A program made the translations under genes and the position numbers. The notes under the pieces were generated by a model. The model saw only the letters and a list, made by a program, of their open reading frames with translations, ran no database searches and had not been told where the DNA came from. Shown piece by piece: positions 36,531-46,494 of a stretch of DNA of 64,000 nucleotides. The first letter of the stretch is position 1. Each line of letters begins with the position of its first letter. The stretch is from Candidatus Aldehydirespirator sp. (GTDB lineage Bacteria; Actinomycetota; Acidimicrobiia; Acidimicrobiales; Aldehydirespiratoraceae). The DNA lies in contig OZ244832.1 in NCBI GenBank assembly GCA_965220485.1, positions 4,475,068 to 4,539,067 on the forward strand. Direction: 5' to 3'.

Positions 36531-38381
36531 ATGGCTGCTCAAGAAAATCACAAGCCTCGGACGGTCTGGCTTGCGGCCGCCCTTGCGTTCGCCTTGCTCG
36601 CGGCGGCATGCGGAGGAGGCGGTGACGACGGCGAAGCGCAGCCCTCCCAGCCGGTCGAGACCACCGAGACGGCTGCTCCGTCGGAGCCGGTTGACTCCGG
36701 TGACGGAACCGACGAGGCACCCGCTGCCACCGGCACCGAGCCCGACGTCGGGGAAGAACAGGAACTGCTCGTAGCGCCGGTCGACACCACCACGACCACC
36801 ACGACGCCGCCCGACGACGGCGAGGTCGTCACCGAGGTTCCGGCCGAGCCCGAGCCTCAGATCGGCGGCACGCTCAGGGTAGCGATCTTCGCCGAGGGCG
36901 ACGGCCTCAATCCCGCGGCGAACGCCATCTCGACACCGGTCTACACCATGGTCACCCCGATCTTCGACCCGCTGGCCTACTACGACACTGCGGGCAACTG
37001 GGTCCCGGTCCTGGCCGAGTCGTGGACCAAGATCGGCGACGGCACGGCCTGGCAGATGAGGGTGCGCGAGGGGGTGCGATTCCACGACGGGACCGAGCTC
37101 GACGCCGACGATGTTGTGGCGACGTTCGAGGCACAGCTCGCCGACCCGTTGATCTCGTTGGCGTTCAAGCCGGGGTTCGACCCCGACGAAGCGATCCGAA
37201 GGGTCGATGACTACACCGTCGAGTATGTCGGCGTTCGGCCTTCGGCGCGGTTGCCGATCGCGTTCACGAGCCAACTGGGGATGATCCTGCCGTCGGAGTG
37301 GCTCGAGCGGGCAGCCACGGATGCCACGCTCAATCAGATGCCGGTTGGCACCGGCCCGTTCATGGTGGAGAGCCGCATCCCCTTCGAGAAGACGGTGCTG
37401 GTGCGCAACCCCGACTACTGGGCCGCCGACATGATCGACACTTACCTCGACCGCATCGAGGTCTACCCCATAAGCGACTCCACCATTGCAGCCCAGCGGC
37501 TGATAGCGGGAGAACTCGACCTGGTAGTCGTTTCGGGCGCCGACGCCATTCTGACCCTGCGCGACGCTGCGGACCAAGGGGTGATCACCATCGAGAACCA
37601 GCGCGGAGAGGAGTCGCTCGCCCTGATCAACACGCAAAGCCCAGTGTTCTCCGATATTCGGGCCCGCCAGGCTCTGACCTTCGCGACCGACCAGGACCTG
37701 TACGTGGAGTTGCTCCGCCAGGGCACCTCGCAGGCGGCCGACTCGATGTTCCATCCCGACCTGATCTGGAACAACCCGGATGTGGTGCAGGAGACCAACA
37801 TGCCCGAGAGGGCGGGACCGCTCGTGGCCGCCCACTGCGCGGACTTCCCCGCCAACTGCACCGATGGCAAGATCAACATGCGTTTCGGCCTTCCTGGCCC
37901 GTCGGTGGAGACCGATCGCGCCGTCGATCTGCTGGTCGCCACCTTGGGCGAGTTCTTCAACCTCGAAGTGACCGTGAAGCCCCTGAGCGAGCTGATCATC
38001 GATGTGGTGCTGGGCAACTACGACGTGGCCATAGCGCAGGCGTTCGGGGCGGTCGATCCCGACAACGAGGCGATCTGGATGGAGTGCGGGTCGATCAGCT
38101 TCATCTCACTGAACTTCTCCCGCCACTGCGACGAAGAGCGCGACGAGTTGCTGTACGAGCAGCGCAGGATCGACGACCTCGATCGGAGGGTGGAGATCTG
38201 GCGCCGGATCCAGGAGATAAACCGCGACGCCTACATCTCCATCTTCTTCACCCACTCCAACTGGACCATTGGAGCCCGAGACAACGTGCACAACATCTGC
38301 GGGCAGATCGGGCCCACAGGCGACCAGCTGTTCTGCAACAACCAAGGCAGGATCTGGTTGAACCAGCTCTGGCTGAGCTAG
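36531..38381 (+). CDS. ABC transporter substrate-binding lipoprotein, family 5 (tandem paralogue of 34564-36399)
   Basis: The lipobox is LLAAAC. It is collinear with and highly similar to the upstream SBP, including the TTTTT/PE-rich linker. Confidence 0.85.
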   Translation: MAAQENHKPRTVWLAAALAFALLAAACGGGGDDGEAQPSQPVETTETAAPSEPVDSGDGTDEAPAATGTEPDVGEEQELLVAPVDTTTTTTTPPDDGEVVTEVPAEPEPQIGGTLRVAIFAEGDGLNPAANAISTPVYTMVTPIFDPLAYYDTAGNWVPVLAESWTKIGDGTAWQMRVREGVRFHDGTELDADDVVATFEAQLADPLISLAFKPGFDPDEAIRRVDDYTVEYVGVRPSARLPIAFTSQLGMILPSEWLERAATDATLNQMPVGTGPFMVESRIPFEKTVLVRNPDYWAADMIDTYLDRIEVYPISDSTIAAQRLIAGELDLVVVSGADAILTLRDAADQGVITIENQRGEESLALINTQSPVFSDIRARQALTFATDQDLYVELLRQGTSQAADSMFHPDLIWNNPDVVQETNMPERAGPLVAAHCADFPANCTDGKINMRFGLPGPSVETDRAVDLLVATLGEFFNLEVTVKPLSELIIDVVLGNYDVAIAQAFGAVDPDNEAIWMECGSISFISLNFSRHCDEERDELLYEQRRIDDLDRRVEIWRRIQEINRDAYISIFFTHSNWTIGARDNVHNICGQIGPTGDQLFCNNQGRIWLNQLWLS

Positions 38382-38557
38382 AGGCCACTGGGAGCCTGGA
38401 TGAGCTAGGACCCGGGCCGGGGGCGGCGGTCGTCGGCGCGACCGGCTTACCGGCACGACCCCACGGGCAGTAGTAATCTCCCCGCGGAGTGGCTGCTGCA
38501 AGTGAACTGGGTGGTGCCTCGGTGAGCGCACTGCGGCGATCGGGGCGGTAGGCGCTC

Positions 38558-39556
38558 GTGGCTAGGTTCGTGTTGCGCCGGCTGGCCCTGCTGGCGGCAG
38601 TGCTGTTCGCCGTGACATTCCTCGGGTTCTCGGCGATGAACCTGCTGGGCGACCCGCTCGTGAACGTGGTGGGCGTGCTGGCCGAGCTCGACTGTGAGGG
38701 CATAGCGGCCGGGACGGTCGAGGACACGACGGTGGATGCTGCCAGCAGCGACTGCGATACGGTGGCGGCGGCCAAGGCTCAGTACCACCTCGACCGGCCT
38801 GTTCCCGTGCGCTACCTGCTGTGGGTGAGTGACCTTGCCACCGGGGACTTCGGCACCTCGTTCCAGAACGACCAGCCGGTGCGCGAGGTGATCCGTGAGA
38901 AACTGCCCGAGACGCTGATCCTGGTGGTGATGGCCCAGATCGTCTCGCTCGGGGTGGCCATCCCCTGGGGTGTGATCGCGGCGTACCGGGCCAACCGGGC
39001 CTTCGACCGCGGCTCCACGGTGGCGTCGTTCGGCCTGCTGTCGATACCCAACTTCGCACTGGGGGTGGTGCTGCTGTACCTGGTGGCCCTGCGATGGCAG
39101 ATCTTCCCGTCGGCCTACGAGAGCGACAACGTCAGTGGGCTGGTGTTCTCCATGATCCTGCCCGCCGTGACGCTCGGCCTGCCCTTGGCGGCCAGCTACC
39201 AGCGCCTGTTGCGCACCGACCTGATCACCACGTTGCAGGAGGACTTCGTGCACATGGCCCGGGCCAAGGGCCTTCCGCCGATGCGGATCATGTTCCGGCA
39301 CGCCCTGCGGCCGTCGATGTTCTCGGTGGTGACCGTCTTCGGCGTCAGCACCGGAGCCCTGATCGGCGGGTCGCTGGTGGTGGAGCAGATCTTCAGCATT
39401 CCGGGGATCGGCAGGGAGATTGTGACCGCGGTGGTACGCGACGACTACCCGGTGGTGCTCGCGATCGTGATGCTGGTCGCAGTCACCTTCGTGGTGCTCA
39501 ACTTTCTGGTGGACTTGCTCTACAGCTGGCTCGACCCGAGGGTGCGGGCCCAATGA
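38558..39556 (+). CDS. ABC transporter permease (DppB/OppB-like)
   Basis: GTG start. The 332-aa protein has 6 TM helices and the EAA-like loop (…HMARAKGLPPMRIMFRHALRPS…). Confidence 0.85.
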   Translation: MARFVLRRLALLAAVLFAVTFLGFSAMNLLGDPLVNVVGVLAELDCEGIAAGTVEDTTVDAASSDCDTVAAAKAQYHLDRPVPVRYLLWVSDLATGDFGTSFQNDQPVREVIREKLPETLILVVMAQIVSLGVAIPWGVIAAYRANRAFDRGSTVASFGLLSIPNFALGVVLLYLVALRWQIFPSAYESDNVSGLVFSMILPAVTLGLPLAASYQRLLRTDLITTLQEDFVHMARAKGLPPMRIMFRHALRPSMFSVVTVFGVSTGALIGGSLVVEQIFSIPGIGREIVTAVVRDDYPVVLAIVMLVAVTFVVLNFLVDLLYSWLDPRVRAQ

Positions 39557-40530
39557 ACGCCGAGGATCGGGCGACCCGCAAGCCTCAGGCATCTCGCGAT
39601 CAGAGAGCCTCCCGGCAGCGGCTGCTGCTGCGGTTCCGGATCCTGCGGCTCGTGCGGTCCAGCCGGGTGCTCGATGACGGCCCCTCAGGCGACGATGCAG
39701 CCGTGCGCCGCCGCCTGGGCTTCGCCTTCTGGGTGGCGGCGGTCTGGCTGGTGTTCATGGCGTTCGTGGCCGTGTTCGCGCCGCTGCTGCCGATGGCCGA
39801 CCCCACCCAGATCGCTTTCGGGGGTCCACGGGAGTCACCCTCGCTGGACGCCTGGTTCGGCACCGACGCCCTGGGTCGCGACGTCTTCTCCCGCACCATG
39901 CACGGCGCCCGCATCAGCCTGGCCGTCGGCGGCTTCGCCATCGTCTTCGGGATGGTGGTCGGGGGCGCACTCGGGATAGTGGCCGGTTATTTCCGGGGCC
40001 GCCTGGATCAGGCCGTGGGCTTCGCGTTCTTCGTGCTGCTGTCATTCCCGGCGCTGGTGCTGGCCATCCTGATTACCGCGACTCTCGAGCGCAGCCTGCT
40101 GGTGGTGAGTCTCACCATCGGAATCCTGGCGGTGGCGCCCGTAGGCCTGCTCGCACGGGCCTCCACACTGGTCTACGCGGAGCGGGAGTTCGTCGCCGCG
40201 GCTCGGGTGCTCGGGGCCAAGCACGGCCGGATCATCATGCGCGAACTGCTGCCCAATGTGGTCATACCCATGGGGGCGTTGACCCTGCTCGGGATGGCCG
40301 TCGCCGTCGTTGCCGAGGGCTCGCTCGCCTTCCTGGGTCTGTCGGTGGCCGGCGATGACGCCATCTCGTGGGGCAAGATGATCGTTGACGGCGCCGGCCT
40401 GCGCGATCTGCAGAACGCCACCCACGTGGCGATGTTCCCGGTGGCGGTGATGTTCGTTACCGTGCTGTCCCTGAACTTCGCTGGCGACCGTATCCGCCAG
40501 TACTTCGATGTGAAGGAGCTGGCCTTCTGA
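39553..40530 (+). CDS. ABC transporter permease (DppC/OppC-like)
   Basis: The ATG overlaps the upstream stop (ATGA). It has TM helices and the EAA loop (…AARVLGAKHGRIIMRELLPN…). Confidence 0.8.
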   Translation: MNAEDRATRKPQASRDQRASRQRLLLRFRILRLVRSSRVLDDGPSGDDAAVRRRLGFAFWVAAVWLVFMAFVAVFAPLLPMADPTQIAFGGPRESPSLDAWFGTDALGRDVFSRTMHGARISLAVGGFAIVFGMVVGGALGIVAGYFRGRLDQAVGFAFFVLLSFPALVLAILITATLERSLLVVSLTIGILAVAPVGLLARASTLVYAEREFVAAARVLGAKHGRIIMRELLPNVVIPMGALTLLGMAVAVVAEGSLAFLGLSVAGDDAISWGKMIVDGAGLRDLQNATHVAMFPVAVMFVTVLSLNFAGDRIRQYFDVKELAF

Positions 40531-41609
40531 TGGCGGAGCAGGCTGCGGCCCCCGTCCCACTCCTGTCGGTGCGCGACCTGCACGTGCGGTTCCCCACCGA
40601 GCGGGGCACCGTCAACGCGGTCAACGGCGTGAGCTTCGACCTGTACGAGGGCAAGACCCTCGCGATTGTCGGCGAGTCGGGCTCGGGCAAGTCGGTCACC
40701 GCCAAGACTCTGATGAACCTCCTGCCCCGGAGCGCCCGCGTGAGCGGCGAGGTGACCTACGACGGCCAGGACGTCCGGGCCCTGGCCGCGGCGGGGACCA
40801 AGCACTTCTTCGGAGTGCAGATGACGATGGTGTTCCAGGATCCGATGACATCGCTCAACCCGGTCAAGAAGGTGGGCGAGCAGATCGCCGAGACCCTCCG
40901 CTACCACCTCGGCCGCTCCCGCAGCGAGGCCATCGAAGAGGCCGTGGAACTGCTGGACGTGGTGGGCATGCCCGAGCCGGCCCGGAGAGTGTCGCAGTAT
41001 CCCCACGAGCTGTCGGGCGGGCTGCGCCAACGAGCCGTCATCGCGATGGCACTGGCCTGCCAGCCGCGGCTGCTGATTGCGGACGAGCCCACCACCGCAG
41101 TCGATGTGACGGTCCAGAAACATCTGCTGGACCTGCTCGACCGGCTTCGTCGAGACCGGGGGATGTCGATGATCCTCATCACCCACGACCTCGGCGTGGC
41201 CCACGGCCGGGCCGACGATGTTGCGGTGATGTACGCGGGCCGGGTTGTGGAGACGGCCGACGCTCGCACGCTCTTCTTCGACATGCGCCATCCCTACACC
41301 GAGGCGCTGCTGCGCTCGATCCCCCGCATCGACGATCCCGTCCACCACCGGCTCGATCCCATCCCGGGACGCCCGCCCGAGTTGGTCCACCCGCCCGATG
41401 CGTGCGCCTTCGCGCCCCGGTGCATCTACGCCCAAGCCGACTGTCTCGGCGGTGTTCCCGAGCTGAGCGGGCTGGTCGGTCTGCACCGCTTCGCTTGCCT
41501 CCATCCAACCGGCACCGAGCGGGGCATGGCCGCGATGGCCACCAACAGGGCCGCGGGGGTTACCGCGGCCGGTCTGGCTGTATCCGAGGGCTCTGGAGGT
41601 AGCGGCTGA
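40530..41609 (+). CDS. ABC transporter ATP-binding protein (DppD/OppD-like)
   Basis: Walker A GESGSGKS, signature LSGGLRQR and Walker B LLIADEPTTAVD are present, with a C-terminal oligopeptide-ATPase extension. Confidence 0.85.
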   Translation: MAEQAAAPVPLLSVRDLHVRFPTERGTVNAVNGVSFDLYEGKTLAIVGESGSGKSVTAKTLMNLLPRSARVSGEVTYDGQDVRALAAAGTKHFFGVQMTMVFQDPMTSLNPVKKVGEQIAETLRYHLGRSRSEAIEEAVELLDVVGMPEPARRVSQYPHELSGGLRQRAVIAMALACQPRLLIADEPTTAVDVTVQKHLLDLLDRLRRDRGMSMILITHDLGVAHGRADDVAVMYAGRVVETADARTLFFDMRHPYTEALLRSIPRIDDPVHHRLDPIPGRPPELVHPPDACAFAPRCIYAQADCLGGVPELSGLVGLHRFACLHPTGTERGMAAMATNRAAGVTAAGLAVSEGSGGSG

Positions 41610-42616
41610 TGGCCGGGACGGGTCATGCCCAGCTACGCGACCACGACGGCGTGCTGCTGTGCGTCAAGGACCTAGTGGTGCAGTTTCCCGCGGGCCGCAA
41701 GCGCGTCGTGCACGCCGTGTCGGAGGTGACCTTCGACGTGGCCCAGGGTGAGACGCTGGGCATTGTGGGCGAGTCGGGCTGCGGCAAGTCGACGGTTGCT
41801 CGGGCCATCATCCGCCTGGTGGACATCACCGCGGGCGAGGTGCTCTACGAGGGCCAGGACTTGGCCACCCTCGAGGGTGAGGACCTGCGCAAGGTGCGGC
41901 CCAACCTGCAGATGATCTTCCAGGATCCGATCTCGTCGCTCAACCCCCGCCGCCGGGTTCGCGACGTGATAGCCGAGGGCCTGGCCGTGTGGGGTGACGA
42001 CATTGGATCCTGGAGTCGCGATCGCATAGACGAACTGATGGATGCGGTCGGGGTGGAGGCGAGGTACGGCGCCCGCCGTCCGCACGAGTTCTCCGGCGGC
42101 CAGTGCCAGCGCATCGGCATCGCCCGGGCTCTGGCCCTCGATCCCAAGGTGCTGATCTGCGATGAGCCGGTGTCGGCGCTCGACGTGTCCATCCAGGCCC
42201 AGATCCTGAACCTGCTCCAGGACATGAAGCGTCGCTACGGCCTGACGGTGCTGTTCATCTCCCATGACCTGTCAGTGGTGAAGAACGTCAGCGACCGGAT
42301 CGTGGTCATGTACTTGGGCAAGGTGTGCGAGATCGGCAGCACGGAGGAGCTCTACTCCCGTCCAGCCCATCCCTATACCCGGGCGCTGCTGGCCTCCATC
42401 CCTGAGCCGGCTCCCACAGTGGACGTGAGCGAGGGAGACATCGGCGACGAGTTGCCGTCAGCGACCGACCCTCCCAGCGGTTGCCGGTTTCACACCCGGT
42501 GCCCGAGGGTGACCGATGTCTGCCGCGAGGTCGAGCCGACCAGCGAGCAGATCGGCGACGCCGACCACTACGTCGCCTGCCACCACCCGGTCGCTGTCGA
42601 AGTTCGGACGGGCTGA
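41609..42616 (+). CDS. ABC transporter ATP-binding protein (DppF/OppF-like)
   Basis: Walker A GESGCGKS, signature FSGGQCQR and Walker [12 protein letters not shown] are present. Confidence 0.85.
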   Translation: MAGTGHAQLRDHDGVLLCVKDLVVQFPAGRKRVVHAVSEVTFDVAQGETLGIVGESGCGKSTVARAIIRLVDITAGEVLYEGQDLATLEGEDLRKVRPNLQMIFQDPISSLNPRRRVRDVIAEGLAVWGDDIGSWSRDRIDELMDAVGVEARYGARRPHEFSGGQCQRIGIARALALDPKVLICDEPVSALDVSIQAQILNLLQDMKRRYGLTVLFISHDLSVVKNVSDRIVVMYLGKVCEIGSTEELYSRPAHPYTRALLASIPEPAPTVDVSEGDIGDELPSATDPPSGCRFHTRCPRVTDVCREVEPTSEQIGDADHYVACHHPVAVEVRTG

Positions 42617-42623
42617 CAGCCCT

Positions 42624-44453
42624 TCAGGTGGCGCACTCCGAGGCGCCGGTCTCCACGGTGTACGGGACGGTCTCGTCGAAGTCCACGTAGAACGACGGGT
42701 CGGCCTCGTAGGCGGGGAACTCGTCGAGGTCCTTGAGGTCCTCGGCCACGGCTCGGGCACCACCGACACGCTGCATCCAGTCCCGGAACTTCTCGGAAGC
42801 TTGGCGCTCGTCGGTGAAGCGCCGGATCACCCTGGCGGTGGCCTCGGGAGCATTGCGGGCGGGCAGGCGCAAGGCCTTGTCGCCGAAGTGCATCTGCTGC
42901 TGGCCGATGTGGCCGCCAAGCAGCATCTGGTAGCCGGGGGCGCTGCGGCCGTGTGCCCTTCGCTCCGCTCCGAAGAAGCCGATGTCGGAGGCGTGGTGCT
43001 GGCCGCAGGAGTTGGGGCAGCCGGAGATGTTGATGCGGATTCCGCCCACGTCCGCGAGTCCCTCTTCCTCGAGGCGCTCGCCGATGGCGTGGCCCAGTCC
43101 CCGGCTCTGGGTGACGGCCAGGTTGCAGGTGTCCGACCCGGGGCAGGCCACCACGTCTCGGGCCAGCTCCGCCCCCGGGCGGGCCATCCCGACGGCGTCC
43201 ATGCGGTCGTAGACGGCGGGCAAGTCGTCGGGATGCAGGCCCCGGAACACAACGTTCTGGCGGTTGGTCAGGCGCACGTCGGCGTCGAGATCGCGCTGCA
43301 TTGCTGCGAGGGCTCGGAACTGGTCGCCGGTGATGTCTCCCAGATGAGCCTGGGCGTAGACGGAGACCGTGCCGTCGCCCACGCCGCGCACCACGTTGAC
43401 CCGTTCCCACCGCTCGTAGGCGGAGCCCGTGCCGATTGTCACCGGTGTGCCGTGGCCGATGGCGGTGACGGCAGCTGGATCGACTGCGCCGGCAGGGTCG
43501 TCGCCGTCGATCTGCACCTCGGCCGGGATCCCGCCCGGCCAGGAGGTGGACGCCACCAGGAACTTGCGCTGGGTCAGCACGCGGCGCTGGACCTCCTCGA
43601 AGCCGAGCGTGTCCACCAGCCACTTCATGCGGGCCCGCAGCTTGTTGTCGCGGTTGCCGGCCTGGTCGAACACCCTCAAGCAGGCTTCGATGGTGGGCAG
43701 CAGCTCCTCGCGGGGCGTGAAGTCCTCCAGGGCCAGCGCCGGGTGCGGCGTGGTGCCGAGGCCGCCGGCGATGAAGACCCGGAAGCCGCTCTCCGGTGCG
43801 CCGTCGGCGCCTTGCTGCACGACTCCGATCACGCCCACGTCGTTGAACATGGCCTGGCCGCAATCCGTCTCGCAGCCTGAGAAGTTGATCTTGAACTTTC
43901 GGGGCAGCCGCTGGCTGATCGGGTTGCGGACGAAGTGCCGGTAGGTGGCTTCGGCCCAGGGTGTGATGTCGAGCTTCTCGTGGGGGCAGGCACCGGCGAG
44001 GTGGCAGCCCTGGACGTTGCGCACGGTGTCGCCGCAGGCCTCCCGGGTGGTTAGTCCCACCGCGGCAAGATGCCCGAGCACTTCCGGAATCTGGTCGAGC
44101 TGCACGAAGTGGAACTGGATGTTCTGGCGGGTGGTGATGTGGCCCCAGCCCCGGCTGTAGGTGTCGACCAGCCAGCCGATCATCTCGAGTTGCTCGGGCT
44201 TGATGGATCCGTAGGGCACCTTCACCCGGACCATCTGGTTCGTGCCGCCCTGGCGCTGTCCGTAGATGCCGTTGGTGAGCCGGTAGACCCGGAACACCTC
44301 GTCGCTCAGCTCGCCGGACAGGAAGCGCGCGTACTGCTGCCTGTACTTGTCGACATCGGCCCGTATCTCGGGATCGATGGGACCACTGGCCGGGGGCGGC
44401 CCCGGCGGGGTGGGAATGGCAAGCGGGGCGATGCCCGGCTCGAGCAGGGTCAT
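42624..44453 (-). CDS. sirA: ferredoxin-dependent sulfite/nitrite reductase haemoprotein (sirohaem + [4Fe-4S])
   Basis: The 609-aa protein starts at ATG 44453 behind AGGAG. It has Cys cluster motifs (…GCPNSCGQHH…, …SGCETDCGQAMFNDVG…). It lies in an operon with sirohaem-synthesis genes. Confidence 0.8.
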   Translation of the reverse strand: MTLLEPGIAPLAIPTPPGPPPASGPIDPEIRADVDKYRQQYARFLSGELSDEVFRVYRLTNGIYGQRQGGTNQMVRVKVPYGSIKPEQLEMIGWLVDTYSRGWGHITTRQNIQFHFVQLDQIPEVLGHLAAVGLTTREACGDTVRNVQGCHLAGACPHEKLDITPWAEATYRHFVRNPISQRLPRKFKINFSGCETDCGQAMFNDVGVIGVVQQGADGAPESGFRVFIAGGLGTTPHPALALEDFTPREELLPTIEACLRVFDQAGNRDNKLRARMKWLVDTLGFEEVQRRVLTQRKFLVASTSWPGGIPAEVQIDGDDPAGAVDPAAVTAIGHGTPVTIGTGSAYERWERVNVVRGVGDGTVSVYAQAHLGDITGDQFRALAAMQRDLDADVRLTNRQNVVFRGLHPDDLPAVYDRMDAVGMARPGAELARDVVACPGSDTCNLAVTQSRGLGHAIGERLEEEGLADVGGIRINISGCPNSCGQHHASDIGFFGAERRAHGRSAPGYQMLLGGHIGQQQMHFGDKALRLPARNAPEATARVIRRFTDERQASEKFRDWMQRVGGARAVAEDLKDLDEFPAYEADPSFYVDFDETVPYTVETGASECAT

Positions 44454-45211
44454 GGCAAAGCTCCTAGGGATGTCACGGCGCCGGCGGCGCTGAGTTCGGA
44501 GATGGAGAGAACGTCTGTGGCTGCGACGGCGCCAACGACGATCGTGGCCGGGTTGGCCACCCGGAGGTGACGCAGGCCGGCCAGGTCGGTACGGTCGACG
44601 CGCTGGCTCCGGGTCGTGGCCGCGCTGATCACCGCCACCGGGGTGTCGTCGGCCATGCCGCCGGCCCGCAGCCGGTCGGCGATCTGGGTGGTTCGGGCCG
44701 CTCCCATCAGGATCACCAGGGTGGTTCCGGCCTGGGCCAGGGCGTCCCAGTCCAGCCACCGCGAAGACGACGGGTCCTGGTGGGCCGTGACCACGGTGAA
44801 GCCGCTGGAGACTCCCCGAAGCGTGACGGGGATGCCGGCTGCGGCCGGTGCAGCCACCGCCGAGGTCACCCCGGGGACGACCTCCACGTCAAGGCCGGCG
44901 GCCCGCAAGGACGAGGCCTCCTCGCCACCACGGCCGAACACGAAGGGATCACCGCCCTTGAGGCGTACGACACAGGGGAATCGGCGGCCGCGATCGATGA
45001 GGATGGAGTTGATCTCGTCCTGGGACGGGCTCGGAGTCCCCGGCGTCTTGCCGACGTCGATGTGCTCGGCCCACGGCGGTGTGAGGTCGACAACGGCTGG
45101 ATCGACGAGCCGGTCGTGGACGACGACATCGGCTTGACGGAGCAGGTTGACGGCCCGGACGGTCAACAACTCCGGGTCGCCGGGTCCCGCGCCCACCAGA
45201 TGCACGGTCAT
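44450..45211 (-). CDS. cobA: uroporphyrinogen-III C-methyltransferase (SUMT)
   Basis: It has VHLVGAGPGDPELLT… and …VVRLKGGDPFVFGRGGEE… signatures. Its stop overlaps the sirA start. Confidence 0.85.
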   Translation of the reverse strand: MTVHLVGAGPGDPELLTVRAVNLLRQADVVVHDRLVDPAVVDLTPPWAEHIDVGKTPGTPSPSQDEINSILIDRGRRFPCVVRLKGGDPFVFGRGGEEASSLRAAGLDVEVVPGVTSAVAAPAAAGIPVTLRGVSSGFTVVTAHQDPSSSRWLDWDALAQAGTTLVILMGAARTTQIADRLRAGGMADDTPVAVISAATTRSQRVDRTDLAGLRHLRVANPATIVVGAVAATDVLSISELSAAGAVTSLGALP

Positions 45212-45873
45212 GATGCCATGGCCTCCGCTGTATCAGTCTCAGATTCGTCGAGTTGTAGGTGGCGGCGCAGGAGGGAACGGGCCTCGTCTTTGCGTCCGAC
45301 CCTTACGAGCTCGAGCAGCCCAGCGTCGAGGGCGGCTTCCCAGCCCGGTACTTCCGAGGTGCGGCGGGCTACCCGGACCTCGGCTCGTGTCTGCGCCAGC
45401 AGTTCGAGCAGGGCGGTGTAACCCGAATCGATCTCCCGCTCGATGCGCCGGCGCAGCCATCGGGCTAGTGCGGGGCTGCGGCCATTGGTGGACACCGCCA
45501 CCTGCAGGTCGCCGCGCCGGGCCACCGACGGCAGCGTGAAGGTGCAGTTGGCCGGATCGTCGGCCGAGTTGACGAAGACGTTGGCGGCTTCGCAGTCGCG
45601 GGCTACGAGCGAGTTCACCACGGGGTCGTTCGTAGCAGTGACGACCAGACGGTAGGAATCCGCCTCGCCGCGGCTATACGTGCGCCTCTGCCAGGCGACC
45701 TGTGGATTCTCGGCGATGGTGTCGGCTGCGGTGGGGGCGATCACGGTCACCACTGCGCCGGATTGAAGCAGAGCGGCCACCTTGCGGGCCGCGACCGGCC
45801 CGCCGCCGACGACCAGGACGGGCTGGCCGGTGAGGCACAGGTTCACTGGATAGGACGCTGGCTTGCTGGGCAT
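45208..45873 (-). CDS. precorrin-2 dehydrogenase / sirohydrochlorin ferrochelatase (CysG N-terminal-domain / SirC-like)
   Basis: The 221-aa protein starts at ATG 45873. It has the NAD-binding motif VLVVGGGPVAARKV and overlaps the cobA start. Confidence 0.65.
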   Translation of the reverse strand: MPSKPASYPVNLCLTGQPVLVVGGGPVAARKVAALLQSGAVVTVIAPTAADTIAENPQVAWQRRTYSRGEADSYRLVVTATNDPVVNSLVARDCEAANVFVNSADDPANCTFTLPSVARRGDLQVAVSTNGRSPALARWLRRRIEREIDSGYTALLELLAQTRAEVRVARRTSEVPGWEAALDAGLLELVRVGRKDEARSLLRRHLQLDESETDTAEAMAS

Positions 45874-45949
45874 CTGAATATGATAATTCCGATAAGGTAA
45901 GTCAGGATTTGAGAGGGTAGCGCACCAGCAAGCGCGATACAACATAAAT

Positions 45950-45982
45950 CCGATCAGAATTATCAGGTTTGCATTATCAGGT
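45950..45982. promoter_or_regulatory. AT-rich promoter island with tandem direct repeat ATTATCAGGTTTG x2 upstream of the sirohaem/sulfite-reductase operon
   Basis: GAATTATCAGGTTTGCATTATCAGGTTTGTG lies in a ~120-bp stretch of ~40% GC, within a ~70% GC genome. Confidence 0.4.
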
Positions 45983-46115
45983 TTGTGCCCGCTGACGGTG
46001 GAGGTTGCTCGCCTCTACGTCGTAGGTGGGTTAGGCCACGAAATGAACGGCTACGGCGAGGCCCAGCAGAATGTGCGCGTATCCGCACCAGCGATTGACT
46101 GTCGTCATGGTGCGG

Positions 46116-46494
46116 TCATGGCCTCAGGGTGCCGTCGTGGTCAGATTCAGGGACCGCGTCGGCGAGCCGAAGCCGCGCCGCCCGCGCTGCTCGGGAGATG
46201 CGCCACATGATGAATACGACCGCGGCGGCCACTGCGCCCAGGGTCACGAACTGGAGGCTCCCGCCCCGATCGCCGGACTGCTGGGGCTTGGGTCCGGCTT
46301 CGGGTGAGCCGATGATCCGGTCGGCGCCGGCAGGGATCTCATACACCGGTTTGAGGTCGTCGCCGGTGTCGACCGGCAGAGGCTCCTCGTCGCCCTCGTG
46401 AGCCGCGGCGCCGGAGTGGGCGCCGAGCAGCAGCGCTACAGCGACGACCGGGAGCAGAGCAGCTCGGCCTGCGAGTCCGCGGCGACGGCCCCTC
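46116..46494 (-). CDS. small membrane protein (signal peptide + one C-terminal TM), hypothetical
   Basis: The GTG start overlaps the upstream SDR stop (GTGA). The 126-aa protein has VRGRRRGLAGRAALLPVVAVALLLGAHS… then …FVTLGAVAAAVVFIMW. Confidence 0.35.
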
